64,000 nt of DNA from Octopus vulgaris (taxonomy: Eukaryota): positions 158,782,001 through 158,846,000 of the forward strand of contig OX597817.1 of the NCBI GenBank assembly GCA_951406725.2, read 5' to 3'. Below the pieces are notes generated by a model. It did not search any database. It saw nothing but the letters and a program-made list of their open reading frames with translations, and had not been told where the DNA came from. The position numbers were made by a program, and so were the translations under genes. Positions 40,770 through 51,717 of this stretch are shown here, piece after piece (position 1 is the stretch's first letter; the number at the start of each line of letters is the position of its first letter).

Positions 40770-41530
40770 GCACAGGGGTTGGGCAAAGTTGTTGGCAACT
40801 AAGGACCTCTCCCTCAGAGTGAAAGGCGGATTGTATTGTGCCTGTGTACATACAGCTAAGCCATGTTTACATGGCAGTGAAACATGGGCTTTAATTACAG
40901 AAGACTTGTGAAAGCTTGAAATAAATGAAGCTAGTACGCTCTGCTGGATGGGTAATATCCAGTATGCATGCAAAACAGAATGTAAATGATTTAAGAGGAA
41001 AAGTATGTATAAGAGGCATCCGATATTGTCTGCAAGAAAGAAGACTAATGGTTTGGTTGTGTGATGCTTGTGAATGAGAACAGTTACGTAAAGAAGTGCC
41101 GAGATCTAATTGTGGAGTGTACTTGTGGAAGGGGTAGATCCAAGAAGATGCGGGACAAAGTGGTGAGAAAGGATCTTTGGATGCTGGGCCTTACTGAGGA
41201 AATGACAAGAGACTGGGAGATGTGGCAATTTGCTGTACTTGATAAAACACGTAAAGCTAAGTATAAAACCACTGTCCTCCATATATGCAGGCCTGTTCTT
41301 TCAAGTGCCAGTTCCACATAAAAAGCACCTGTGTCAATGCTGCATAAATGCACCCGTGCCGGTGGGATGTAATAAGCACCCAGCACACTCTGTTAAGTCA
41401 TTGGCATTAGGAAGGGCAACCAGCTGTAGAAACCAAACCACAACAGATAATTGGAGTCTGAACAGCTCCCCAACAGGCCAGCTCCATGTCAACCCATGCC
41501 AGCATGGAAAGCGAATATTATATGATGATT
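40770..41530 (+). mobile_element. RTE LINE 3' part (ORF2 remnant, 3'UTR, GAT tail)
   Basis: ATKDLSLRVKGGLYCACV..LHGSETWA and CGRGRSKK..DKVVRKDL, paralleling the 57361 copy, followed by family B end. Confidence 0.75.
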
Positions 41531-41792
41531 ATATATATTATTTAAAGGAATTCCAACTCTGTTTTTTATGTTTTATTTATATTCTTATAATATTAATGTA
41601 GAATATATAGTACAAATAATATATATCCAGCCGTAGAAACACTGTCAGATCTGACTGGGCCTGACGAAGCCTTCCAGCTTCACAGACCCCAGTTGAACCG
41701 TCCAACCCATGCTAGCATGGAAAGCAGACGCTAAATGATGATGATGATGAGTAAAATGAAATGAAGTATTGATTGTCTTATTGAATATCAAA

Positions 41793-41928
41793 TATTTGAA
41801 TAATATATTCCTCTATACACTATTAAACAAACCTCTTTATATATATATATGTATATATATATATATACATATATATATGTAAAAAGGGGTTTGTTTGATT
41901 TTGTATAGAGGAATATATCATTCAAATA
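41793..41928. repeat. Near-perfect palindrome, ~45-bp arms around (TA)n
   Basis: TATTTGAATAATATATTCCTCTATACAC..AAACAAACCTCTTT vs AAAGGGGTTTGTTTG..TGTATAGAGGAATATATCATTCAAATA. Confidence 0.85.
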
Positions 41929-42170
41929 ATTAAAAAAAAAAATATATATATATATACACACATACATACATATAAATGGCACAAGATTATGTGGGATAAA
42001 CATGTCTATATCTTCTGTGTGATTTTTCTGTGGGCTCTTTGTCATTCTTCTGTTCAATTTTTTATTCCTGTATGCGTATGTGTACACACACACAAGTAAA
42101 CTCTGATAAACACCAGTCTATTTCATTTGTTCCCTACATATGTTAGGAATCTCTGCATTGGATATTTCGT

Positions 42171-42316
42171 GTGCAATTGGATGGTTAACCACAACGGATC
42201 ATCAAGGGAACGCTTTAGTGCATTATGTTACAGGGATCAAATTTCTTTGATCTCTGTAACACAATGCAACAAAATGTTCCCCTGTTGATTCGTTGCGGTT
42301 TAGCATCCAATTGCAC
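42171..42316. repeat. Fold-back hairpin, 71-bp arms and 4-nt loop
   Basis: GTGCAATTGGATG..ACAGGGATCAAA-TTTC-TTTGATCTCTGT..CATCCAATTGCAC, about a dozen mismatches. Confidence 0.85.
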
Positions 42317-42401
42317 TTTGCTCCAAATGGCTACAACAGCAAAACATACATATTATATAAACTTGCATTCATCATAATTTCTTCTACATTTACTCTGTAT
42401 T

Positions 42402-42818
42402 ATCATCATCATCATCATCATCGTTTAACGTCCGTTCTCCATGCTAGCATGGGTTGGACGGTTCAACCGGGGATCTGGGAAGCCAGAAGGCTGCACCAGG
42501 CTCCAGTCTTATCTGGCAATGTTTCTACAGCTGGATGCCCTTCCTAATGCCAACCACTCCATGAGTGTAGTGGGTGCTTTTTATGTGCCACCCGCACAGG
42601 TGCTAGGCGAGGCTGGCAACGGCCACGGTCGGATTGGTGCAATTTACGTGCCGCCAGCACAGAAGCCAGTCGAGGCGGTGCTGGCATCGGCCACGATTTG
42701 GATAGTGCTTTTTACGTACCACCAGTCCAGGGGTCCTGGCATCTGCCGAGTGCCAGTCATAGGATTGGTTCACTTTCGATTTCGATTTCACTTGCCCTAA
42801 CATGTCTTCGCAAGCAAA
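42402..42818 (-). mobile_element. RTE 3'-end repeat (family B)
   Basis: Reverse complement of the 24229 copy with three internal units. Confidence 0.85.
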
Positions 42819-42953
42819 ATAACTACTAATACTACTCAGTATCTTAATAACCCAACCACTATACTAGAAGCAGAGTGTATGATGATAATCTACATAGAGT
42901 TCTAAACTCACCTGCTGCAGTTGTACATTGAACTGTACACACAAAATATACTA

Positions 42954-43316
42954 GGCACAAGTGTGGCTGTGTGGTAAGAAGCTTGCTTCCCAACCACGTG
43001 GTCCCCCTGCATGGCACTTTAGGCAAGTGTCTTCTACTATAGCCTCTGGCTGACCAAAGCCTTGTGAGTGGATGTGGTAGATGGAAACTGAAAGAAGCCC
43101 ATCATATATGCATATGTGTGTGCCTTTGTGTCTATGTTTTATCTCCCATCATTGCTTGACAAGTGGTGTGGGTGTGTTTACATTCTTGTAACTTAGCGGT
43201 TCGGCAAAAGTACTGGGCTTAAGACATAAGTCCTGGGGTTGACTTGTTTCACTAAAAGCCTTCAAGATGGTACTCCAGCATGGCAGCAGGCGAATGACTG
43301 AAACAAATAAAAGAAT
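42954..43316 (+). mobile_element. SINE family A, diverged
   Basis: Head, body and tail match the 11172 copy. Confidence 0.8.
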
Positions 43317-43344
43317 ATATGTAGTTGTAAACATTATGTATACA

Positions 43345-43637
43345 TATTCTGAGACCCCCTTTGGTCAAGACTGACCATGGGATTGCACCTAGAAAGTTAT
43401 TTATGGGAGAGCAGTAGTCGCCCGTGCATACCAGCCTTCCCTCTCCACACCACTGATGTTATCCAAGGGAAAGGCAAAGGCCCATACAACATGGCACCAG
43501 TGATGTTGCAACTCATTTCTACAGCTGAGTGGACTGGAGTAACGTGAAATAAAGTGTGTTGCTCATGAAAACAATACGCCGGGATTCGAACTCACAACCT
43601 CACGATTGTAAGCTTGGCACTCTAAGCCATGTGCCTT
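43345..43637 (-). mobile_element. tRNA-derived SINE (family F-like head)
   Basis: Reverse strand GAAGGCACATGGCTTAGAG..GAGTTCGAATCCCGGCG B box. Confidence 0.65.
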
Positions 43638-43642
43638 CACTG

Positions 43643-43681
<39 letters not shown>

Positions 43682-43716
43682 GCATGCAAATACACATACA
43701 TATATACATTCATATA

Positions 43717-44587
43717 TGTGGTTTAATCAGAAAGTATCTGGACTGTTGCTATAGTAACAATGCTAAAGTATGCAGAGTGAAGCTGCTTTGCACAGATTGA
43801 CCTTAAATTTTGCTGTGCATGTGCACTAAGTTTTAACATTCTAGCTCATTTCTGCTGTTTACAGCAGTGCTTGGAAGGAAGGTGTGTAGCATGTGATCGT
43901 CACAATGAACATGACAGAAAGTTGAGCAGAGAATCTGCATCAAATTTTGCCAAGAGCTTGACGATATCTGTGCAGAAGCGTAAGCAAAGTTTTCAAAAGG
44001 TTTTCACTGTTCTTGACACAATCAAGATCTTGTGCAACTGGAACCTGAGTGTCATTTTGGCCAGCTAAAAGCAGTTTGGGCACAAACTTGGCAGATACGT
44101 GTCTCATACCCAAATCTTCAGTGATATTGGGATGAACTGAAACGTAATTAATCTGCGCGTCCTCTGATAACTCACGGATGGTGATTCAACTATTTCCCCT
44201 CACAGCTGCATGCACATCTGCAATGTTTTTCTCATTTCTGCTCGTTGTGGGTCTCCCAGAACGTTCGTCAATATCGACATTTTTTTGGCCATCTTGGAAA
44301 TGTCTGAACCACTCATACACTCCTCTCCATACACTTTCTGCAGCTTTGCGTAGGCCTCTGAGCAGGTATTGCCATGACAACTCTCTCTGTCATGGTCAAT
44401 GTGACGATCACACGCTACACACCTTCCTTCCAAGCACTGCTGTAAACAGCAGAAATGAGCTAGAATGTTAAAATTTAGTGTGCATGCAGAGCAGAGATCA
44501 AGATCAATCTTTGCCAAGTGGCTTCACTCTGCATGCTCTAGCTTCATTACTATAGCAACAGTCCCAATACTTATTGATCAGACCTTG
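43717..44587. mobile_element. mariner derivative built from two inverted 5' halves
   Basis: TA-flanked TIRs; + arm encodes EQRICIKFCQEL, - arm encodes VYEWFRHFQDGQKNVDIDERSGRPTTS..EDLGMRHVSAKFVPKLL (mariner HTH and WVP-like linker). Confidence 0.85.
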
Positions 44588-45384
44588 TATATACAAAGCA
44601 CATACATACATATTTATCTCAACATTTTCATTGGCATTGTCTTAACACCTACTTTCCCATGTTTGCATGAATCAGTTGGGGTTATGTTCAGACAGGATTT
44701 TCTACAGCGGGATGCCTTTCCTGACACAAACATTCAACTGCTTCCAAGCAAGGTAATAGTCACCCAGTCTACTGAACGACAAACAGCCTAGACATGCTTT
44801 TGTATAGGATTACAAAAGCAAAAATCAAACGCTGTTTCTATGAATGGTGAAGCTTTTTATTATAATCAGCATGCAAACATGTCGAGACATGTCAAAAAGA
44901 TCCAGACATTCTTTCAATGTGGTCTACAGACAAACAACACGGTCTGCATGACTGATGAAGCTTTTGTTTACTATTAGTACACATGGATGTGAAGATGAGG
45001 TGAAGCATAACCTCAAATATACACACATGCACACATACATACATATATATGCAGATATATGCTGTGCTTGCATCTTTCAGTTTCTATCAGTTATCATCAC
45101 TCACAATGTATTGGTTACCTGCAACTATAGTGGAAGATAGCAGTGGGACCACATACGATCTATATTGTATGATATATATGTGTTAAATATATGTATATAT
45201 ATTAGGTGTGGTGGCAGTGTAACTGAGAAGATTTCTTCCCAACCTTGTAGTTGTAGGTTCACTCTTGTGTGGCACCGTGGCCAAATGTCCTTTACTTTAA
45301 CCCCATGCTGATCAAAGCCTTGCGAGTCGACAGAAACTGAAAGAAGCTTGATGTGTGTGTGCATGTATGTATATATATATATAT

Positions 45385-45735
45385 ATATAAAATACAAAAT
45401 GGGACAAGAACGCAAAGCATCCAGACAGTTAGGTGATACGAAAAAGGGACAACAAAACATCCAGATAGGCGATACAAAGAAAACAAGGACGGGTCATTCG
45501 GAGTTTTCTTTCCTCAGTCAAGCTCCAGATTATCTTTGCAATTTTGCCTGTTTATACTTGAGATTGCTCCAATCTGGCCAGCTTCAAGAAAAAACTAAGC
45601 TAAGAGCATTAGATTCCTTGGAAGAAAGCAGGGAATGTATACAAAAACAAGGACGGGAAAAAAACTGGCAATGTTACACAAATACAATAAAAATAATGAC
45701 AGGACATAACAACAGGTGTCTTTCGACTAAGGACG

Positions 45736-45740
<5 letters not shown>
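45385..45740. mobile_element. Unclassified repeat embedded in (TA)n, second copy at ~48160-48420; possibly Penelope-related
   Basis: Shared GGACAAGAACG..GGACGGG..CAGTCAAG..CTTGAGAT..GAAAAACTAA..GAGCATTAGATT. Confidence 0.5.
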
Positions 45741-45822
<82 letters not shown>

Positions 45823-46498
45823 CAATTATGTAGATAAACAAAGTAGATAGATATAATAGTTTGGGTATGAAATGCAAAATAAATATGTGTACATGCATAT
45901 GTGTGTGTATGTGTACCCTTATCTTGATGTTCATTTCCTGTCTTCCATGGTGAAGTATTACCTTTCTTGGAAGCAGGTGAAGATGAGCACAGGAAAAGCT
46001 TCTGGCTGTAGAAAATCTGCCTCTTTGGATATACCGTCTGACCCGTGCCAGCATGGAAAAGTGGACATCAAATAATGATGATGCTTCAGGATGAACAGGA
46101 TATACTTGCTCATCCAGGTCAAATAAGCAATTATGCAAATAATGACAGTGAACAAAATACAAGATTAATCCCTCAAGTACTAAATAACATTCCAAACTCT
46201 ATTAGTAATGATTGTGAATTGACAACTGATCGTGGAACCAACATAAGTGGTGTTAGATGCAATTCTCGACAAAAAAAACAAAATAATGAAAGTAGATTGT
46301 TTCTGTGAAACGTGATGCCATTGCTATGATATGTGCAGGCATGGCTGTGTGGTGAAGAAGCTGAGTTCTGGGTTCAGCCTTACTACATGATAGCTTATGT
46401 GTTTTCTACTATAGACTTGGGCCAACCAAAGTCTTTCTGGGTGGAGTTAGTTGGCAGAAACCGAAAGAAGCCCATTTTTTACATATATATATATAAAA

Positions 46499-46882
46499 CT
46501 AGCAGTATCGCCCGGCGTTGCTCAGGTTTGTAAGGGAAATAACTATAAAGCATTTTTAGAGAGTTATAGCCAAAAAATAGCAAAAAAATGGAAAAAAAAT
46601 GATGGTAAATTTTTTTGAGGGATAAAAAAGGTGGAGTTGCGTCCCCTAGACGGTCTGTGGTTTGGGTTTCAGATTCTCGACCCCATGTCGAATTTATCGA
46701 TCTTTTTCAGAACTGGGGGAACTTTTCAAAATTTTCGCTGCGTTAGTTTTGAATTATGACATTGGGCTATGTGTGTGTCAAGTTTCATCAGAATCGGTTG
46801 AAAGCCGTGGTCAGGGTGAGGGTACAACCTGACAGACACACAGAAACACGCACAGACAAACTGCCGTTTATATAGAGAGAGA
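46499..46882 (-). mobile_element. Non-autonomous Helitron
   Basis: Minus strand: TC start in (TC)n, (TCTG)n microsatellite, subterminal hairpin CCTGAGCAACGCCGGG, CTAG end followed by T. Confidence 0.7.
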
Positions 46883-46993
46883 TATACTTCACAATGTGTT
46901 GCAGCTACTGTTTATACCTCGCTCAGAGATTTATTATTGCTTGTTTACACTTTTTCGATATCATTGACTTTTCGTCACTGGAAAAAGGATATA

Positions 46994-47127
46994 TATTTGC
47001 AAAGGGAGGCCTATTTTTCATCGACAACTCGTAATTGTCACACACTGATGACGAGTCAATATTCAGAAACTCGAGTCCGTGTGTATCATAGGTTGAAGAC
47101 GGGAAGGATAGCTTCCCTTTGCAAATA
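46994..47127 (+). ncRNA. Type I hammerhead ribozyme fold at the apex of a long hairpin (Penelope/retrozyme-like)
   Basis: CTGATGA 47045-51, stem II GAGT-CAAT-ATTC, GAAAC 47066-70, palindromic stem III ACTCGAGT, GTC site 47075-77, stem I CACAC/GTGTG; distal arm 46994-47014 pairs with 47108-47127. Confidence 0.65.
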
Positions 47128-47179
47128 CTGATAGGGCACAGAAAGCCAGCTGGAGGAGGTGTCCTCTTGGGGCTACAAT

Positions 47180-47184
<5 letters not shown>

Positions 47185-47231
<47 letters not shown>

Positions 47232-47728
47232 TGTAGTTGTGTGAGTGTCTGTCCCCTTCGATTTAGATTCCTAACTACTCCCACATTTTGCGGTGCAGTT
47301 TAACCAAATTCGGGTATCATATAGTTGTGATTCATATCGAGCCCGTCTGAGTATTAGCGCGCGTCTATGATGAGTCTACGATTTTAAAAATAATTTAACG
47401 TAATTTTTGATTCCATTTTAATGCATAATTTTTCGTGTGTTGATGGCGGCGGAGTTGGCGTCCATGGTCACACCTGCACCTGTTTGCTTCTCCCCCTTCT
47501 TCCCTCCCTCGTGAAGCTGTGGGGAAGGGAGTGTAAGGAAATCAACGTCGTAAAGCGTTGTCAAGGAGACCAGCGTTCTTTTAGAACAACGACTTCATGG
47601 CTTGAAGACACCAAAACAGAAATGGCTAAGAAAGCCCGAATTGGCATCTATAAGGGAAGTAACTCTCTAAAAATGCTTATATAGTTATTTCCCTTACAAA
47701 CCCGAGCAACGCCGGGCGATACTGCTAG
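47185..47728 (+). mobile_element. Non-autonomous Helitron, different body but same 3' end as the 46499 element
   Basis: Ends CCCGAGCAACGCCGGG-CGATACTG-CTAG|T; 5' end lost in (TA)n. Confidence 0.7.
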
Positions 47729-47971
47729 TATATATATAAAGAGAGTTTGGTGGGATATATTATCCAGGCGGATACCATGTTAGCTCTCAGTTGATGGCTA
47801 ACCATGATGATCAGTATCTAACGTCTGTATCTATTAGCTGTTAGTCACTCCATGAATTCTTCATGTGGGTAATTCCACATGTCCTATGCTAGACAATAAA
47901 GGTTGCCTGGAGTATATATTAATATTATGAATTCACATGTATGCACATGCTTCGAGGAAGACCAAATGGAC

Positions 47972-48057
47972 AAAACTCTGATGAAGTTGCAGTGACAATA
48001 TTGCGAGGTTGCATCTGCAACCGTGAGTGGTCGCTGCAATGGAAACGTGTGTAAGTC
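47972..48057 (+). ncRNA. Type I hammerhead-like fold with extended stem II
   Basis: CTGATGA 47978-84; stem II GTTGCAGTGAC/GTCGCTGCAAT (11 bp) enclosing GGTTGCA-TC-TGCAACC; GAAAC 48042-46; GTA site 48051-53; stem I only ACT/AGT. Confidence 0.5.
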
Positions 48058-48519
48058 ATCATAATATGCTGTCTAACTATAAAATAGATTTTGTGGGTGT
48101 ATAAGTCTCCAAGCTCTTTATTATTATCAATGTATATATATATATATATATTATTTTATGTAGAAAAATACAAACTGGGACAAGAACGTAAAACATTTAG
48201 AAGACGATACAAAAAACACGGACGGGACATTGGAAGCCTTCAATCTTCAGTCAAGAACCGAATCATCGTAGCAATTTCGGCTGATTAATCTTGAGATCAC
48301 TCTGATCCGGCCAGCCCCAAGGAAAAACTAATCTATGAGCATTAGATTTCTTGGAAGAAGGATCGAATGTATACAAAACAGGGACAGAAAAACAGACGAT
48401 GCCACACACACACAAGAATAGTATTGACAGTGACTTCAAAGTTTCAACCAGCTAATTGAATATAAAAACAAACACTAATACATCCATCCATCCATCAGGA
48501 ACCTGTTCTGCTCCAGCCT

Positions 48520-48717
48520 CCACTTTTGATACCAACCTACCTGGCTCAGTAGTTTTCAAAAGTTCTGAATTAAAATCTTCCACTAAACCTTAATCGCAGT
48601 TTATGTTACTAACACTAGCTTAATGATAACCAAGTTATTTTACTAAATTCTTTGTTATATTTAAAATTAATTGAAACACAGGGCATCTCAACAGAAATAT
48701 GGTAAGAAAAGGGTTAA
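48520..48717 (+). mobile_element. piggyBac-type MITE family C, diverged
   Basis: Body matches the 7118 copy, ends AAAAGGG-TTAA. Confidence 0.7.
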
Positions 48718-49630
48718 TCCTCATCTAACACACAGAGGGAACATCCTTCCTCATCGGGCTTTTTGACTTGCAAGCTGCATAATGGCCTCACTAGAGCTGG
48801 TGCCATGTGAAAAGCGCCCAGTACATACTAGAAAGTGGTTGACATTAGGAAGTACATGTAGCTCTAGAAACCATACCAAAGTAGACACTTGGGCATGCTA
48901 CAGTCCTCTGACATATCTTTGCCAAACTGTCCAACCCATGTCAGCATGGAACATGGACTTTAAATGATGATGATGACATGACAGACTTTTTTACAGTTTC
49001 TGTATGCCAAATCCAGTTTTGTCAGCCTGGGCCTATAGTAAGAGACATTTGACCAAGTTGTCACACAGTGGGACTGAACCTGAAACCATGTGTTTTGGAA
49101 GTAAGCTACTTAACCACACAGCCCAGCTATACCTGTTTCTCCACACCAATTCATTACACACCGAGTTATCTATGCCTCCATCACATCCCTGAACCTCTGA
49201 TATTTCACTGAAAGTACTGCTGTCATTTGACCTTTCCACCTCTCAACTCCCAGCCTGCTCCTAAATACTATGATGTCTTTGATCCTTTTACTTGCTACTT
49301 CTGTTTCTGCAGAACTGATCTGAAGAATGCTTTAGTTCCCCAATGTAATCCTCTTGACTTTTCTAAGAAGCCAATTATTCCTACTTCTAATGTTTTTCTT
49401 CAGCTATTTTCCTGATTCTTCCAGCCATTTAGAGTAGATCTCTTTGGAAATCGAATAATGCTTCAAACCAAATGCAGAAATCATCATGTTCTCTTTCGTT
49501 TTTCTTTCTGTCTCATCTTTTCTTTTTTTCCTCTCTCTCTCTCCTTAAGTTTTCACCTTTTGTTTCCTTCTTCATTTATCTCATTATCTTCTCTTTTTTT
49601 CTTCTCACCTCTTCCTCCATACTCTCTCTT

Positions 49631-50014
49631 TTACTCTTTTACTTGTTTCAGTCATTTGACTGCAGCCATGCTGGAGCACCGCCTTTAGTCGAGCAAATCG
49701 ACCCCGGCACTTATTCTTTGTAAGCCCAGTACTTATTCTATCGGTCCCTTTTGCCAAACCGCTAAGTGACGGGGACGTAAACACACCAGCATCGGTTGTC
49801 AAGCAATGCTAGGGGGACAAACACACACACATACACATACATATATATACATATATACGACAGGCTTCTTTCAGTTTCCGTCTACCAAATCCACTCACAA
49901 GGCATTGGTCGGCCCGGGGCTATAGTAGAAGACACTTGCCCAAGGTGCCACGCAGTGGGACTGAACCCAGAACCATGTGGTTGTTTAGCAAGCTACTTAC
50001 CACACAGCCACTCC
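49631..50014 (-). mobile_element. SINE family A, full length
   Basis: Reverse complement of the 11172 copy. Confidence 0.9.
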
Positions 50015-50281
50015 ATCTTCCTTTTTGTTTTAATTTCTTTTTAATTCATTCAACCTTCCCTCCTGCTTCTCTTATTCTTTTTTCCATCCACTTTTCTTTC
50101 TATCTTCTCTATTTCTTTTCATCCACCCCACTTCTGCTTTTCTATTTCTTTCCCATCATCATCCTCATCCTTGTCAAATTTTTACAACCGTTTTTCCATT
50201 CTTGCGTAAATTATCTTATCTTTTTCTTGTTTCATTCATTGGACTGTAGCCTGCTACAGCATCCCTTTAAAGGGTTTAGCT

Positions 50282-50524
50282 CAGTGGTTTTCAACCGGGG
50301 TCTGTATAAGATTTTGGTGTTAAAACTTATGTATGATAAATTGGTTACTCTTCTACAATACACAAAATATTTTAATTTTTTTTAAGCACTTCCTAATAAT
50401 ATTCAGTTATAAATATACAATAAGGTTTTTTTTAAAAAAACAAACCATCAAATAGTTGTGAGGGTCCACCTGAGTAAAATAGGGATCAAAGAGATCTGTA
50501 GGGAAAAATGGTTGAGAATCACTG
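50282..50524. mobile_element. hAT-type MITE
   Basis: TIRs CAGTGGTTTTCAACC / GGTTGAGAATCACTG. Confidence 0.75.
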
Positions 50525-50634
50525 CTCCTAAGCAGACCGAGTGCAGATATGAGCAGCATATGGGAACCAGTATTAAGGAAGGATAGAAAAATATTAGATT
50601 TATAAGCCCTAAAATTCACTCCATAATTGCCCAT

Positions 50635-50885
50635 GGGCATATGGTGTAGTGGTTAAGAGCGCGGGCTACTAACTCCAAGATTCCGAGTTCGATTCCAAGC
50701 ATTGACCTGAACAATAATAATAGTAATAACATCGAAAAATACCTTAGGAATGAGAACCAAGGTTCGAAATTTCCCCAAGACACCTGAAGAAGCTGAAACG
50801 TTGTTTACAACAAACAAGATGAGGATAAATATCCGTCGAATGTAAATAATGTACATAATTCCTCATCTCTTAAATATAGATCTGA
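50635..50885 (+). mobile_element. tRNA-headed SINE with hammerhead-like relic
   Basis: A box TGGTGTAGTGGT, B box GAGTTCGATTCC, anticodon-like loop CTACTAA; CTGAAGA-AGCT-GAAAC at 50784-50799. Confidence 0.65.
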
Positions 50886-50908
50886 GTCACTGCTTTAGTA
50901 TTTATTCC

Positions 50909-51136
50909 TTAACCCTTTAACATTGAGATTTCTTTGTCAAATGTATTGCTTATTTATTTACATTGTTTTGAATTAATCACAGATTATGTTGTAGCATAAA
51001 GATTTCATTGGTGTATTTGTATATTTTTAGAATGATGTTGTAGGGTAGGTGTGAGAGGCTGGATCTGGATAGTTTTAACATAAAACAGGTGGAATATTTG
51101 GGGTGGATGTGACCAGATTAAATGCTAAAGGGTCAA
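50909..51136 (-). mobile_element. piggyBac-type MITE family D
   Basis: TTAACCCTTTAACATT ... AATGCTAAAGGGTCAA. Confidence 0.75.
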
Positions 51137-51242
51137 GTCTGATATGTATTCTATCAGCCTCCTTACTGAACCACTAAGTCACATGGACATAAACTAACAC
51201 CAGTTATCAAGAGCGGTGGAGGGGAAGGGCAAATATATACAC

Positions 51243-51470
51243 ATCATCATCATCATCATCATCAAGTTCTCTTAACTGGTGCAGCCAGTCACTTGGCACC
51301 ACTGCTTTCTGTTCTGTCATGTGTAGCAAGGTTGCAGTGTTGCAACTTGTTAAATCCTTGATGATGTCAGACCAGGATTTTCTCTGTCTGCCTCTCTTTC
51401 ACTTTCCCTGAACTGAGCCCTGAAGAATGGTTTTGGACAGGGAGCTGTGACAGGATACAATAGGGTGGGC
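51243..51470 (-). mobile_element. RTE (BovB-like) LINE 3' end
   Basis: Minus strand SLSKTILQGSVQGK*KRGRQRKSWSDIIKD followed by (GAT)n tail. Confidence 0.7.
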
Positions 51471-51485
51471 TTCCACACAGATTCT

Positions 51486-51717
51486 TATTTCTTTACTGCC
51501 CACAAGGGGCTAAACATAGAGGGGACAAACAAGGACAGACAAACGGATTAAGTCGATTATATCGACCCAGTGCGTGACTGGTACTTAATTTATCGACCCC
51601 GAAAGGATGAAAGGCAAAGTCGACCTCAGCAGAATTTGAACTCAGAACGTAACGGCAGACGAAGTACCAGTAAGCATTTCGCCCGGGGCGCTAACGTTTC
51701 TGCCAGCTCACCGCCTT
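51486..51717 (-). mobile_element. SINE family E, full length, with TSD
   Basis: Matches the 40427 copy; perfect flanking duplication CCACACAGATTCT (51473-51485 / 51718-51730). Confidence 0.9.

Noticed and set aside
50635-50710. tRNA gene (anticodon-like ACT)
   Set aside because: Acceptor stem does not pair properly and the sequence runs on into a SINE body
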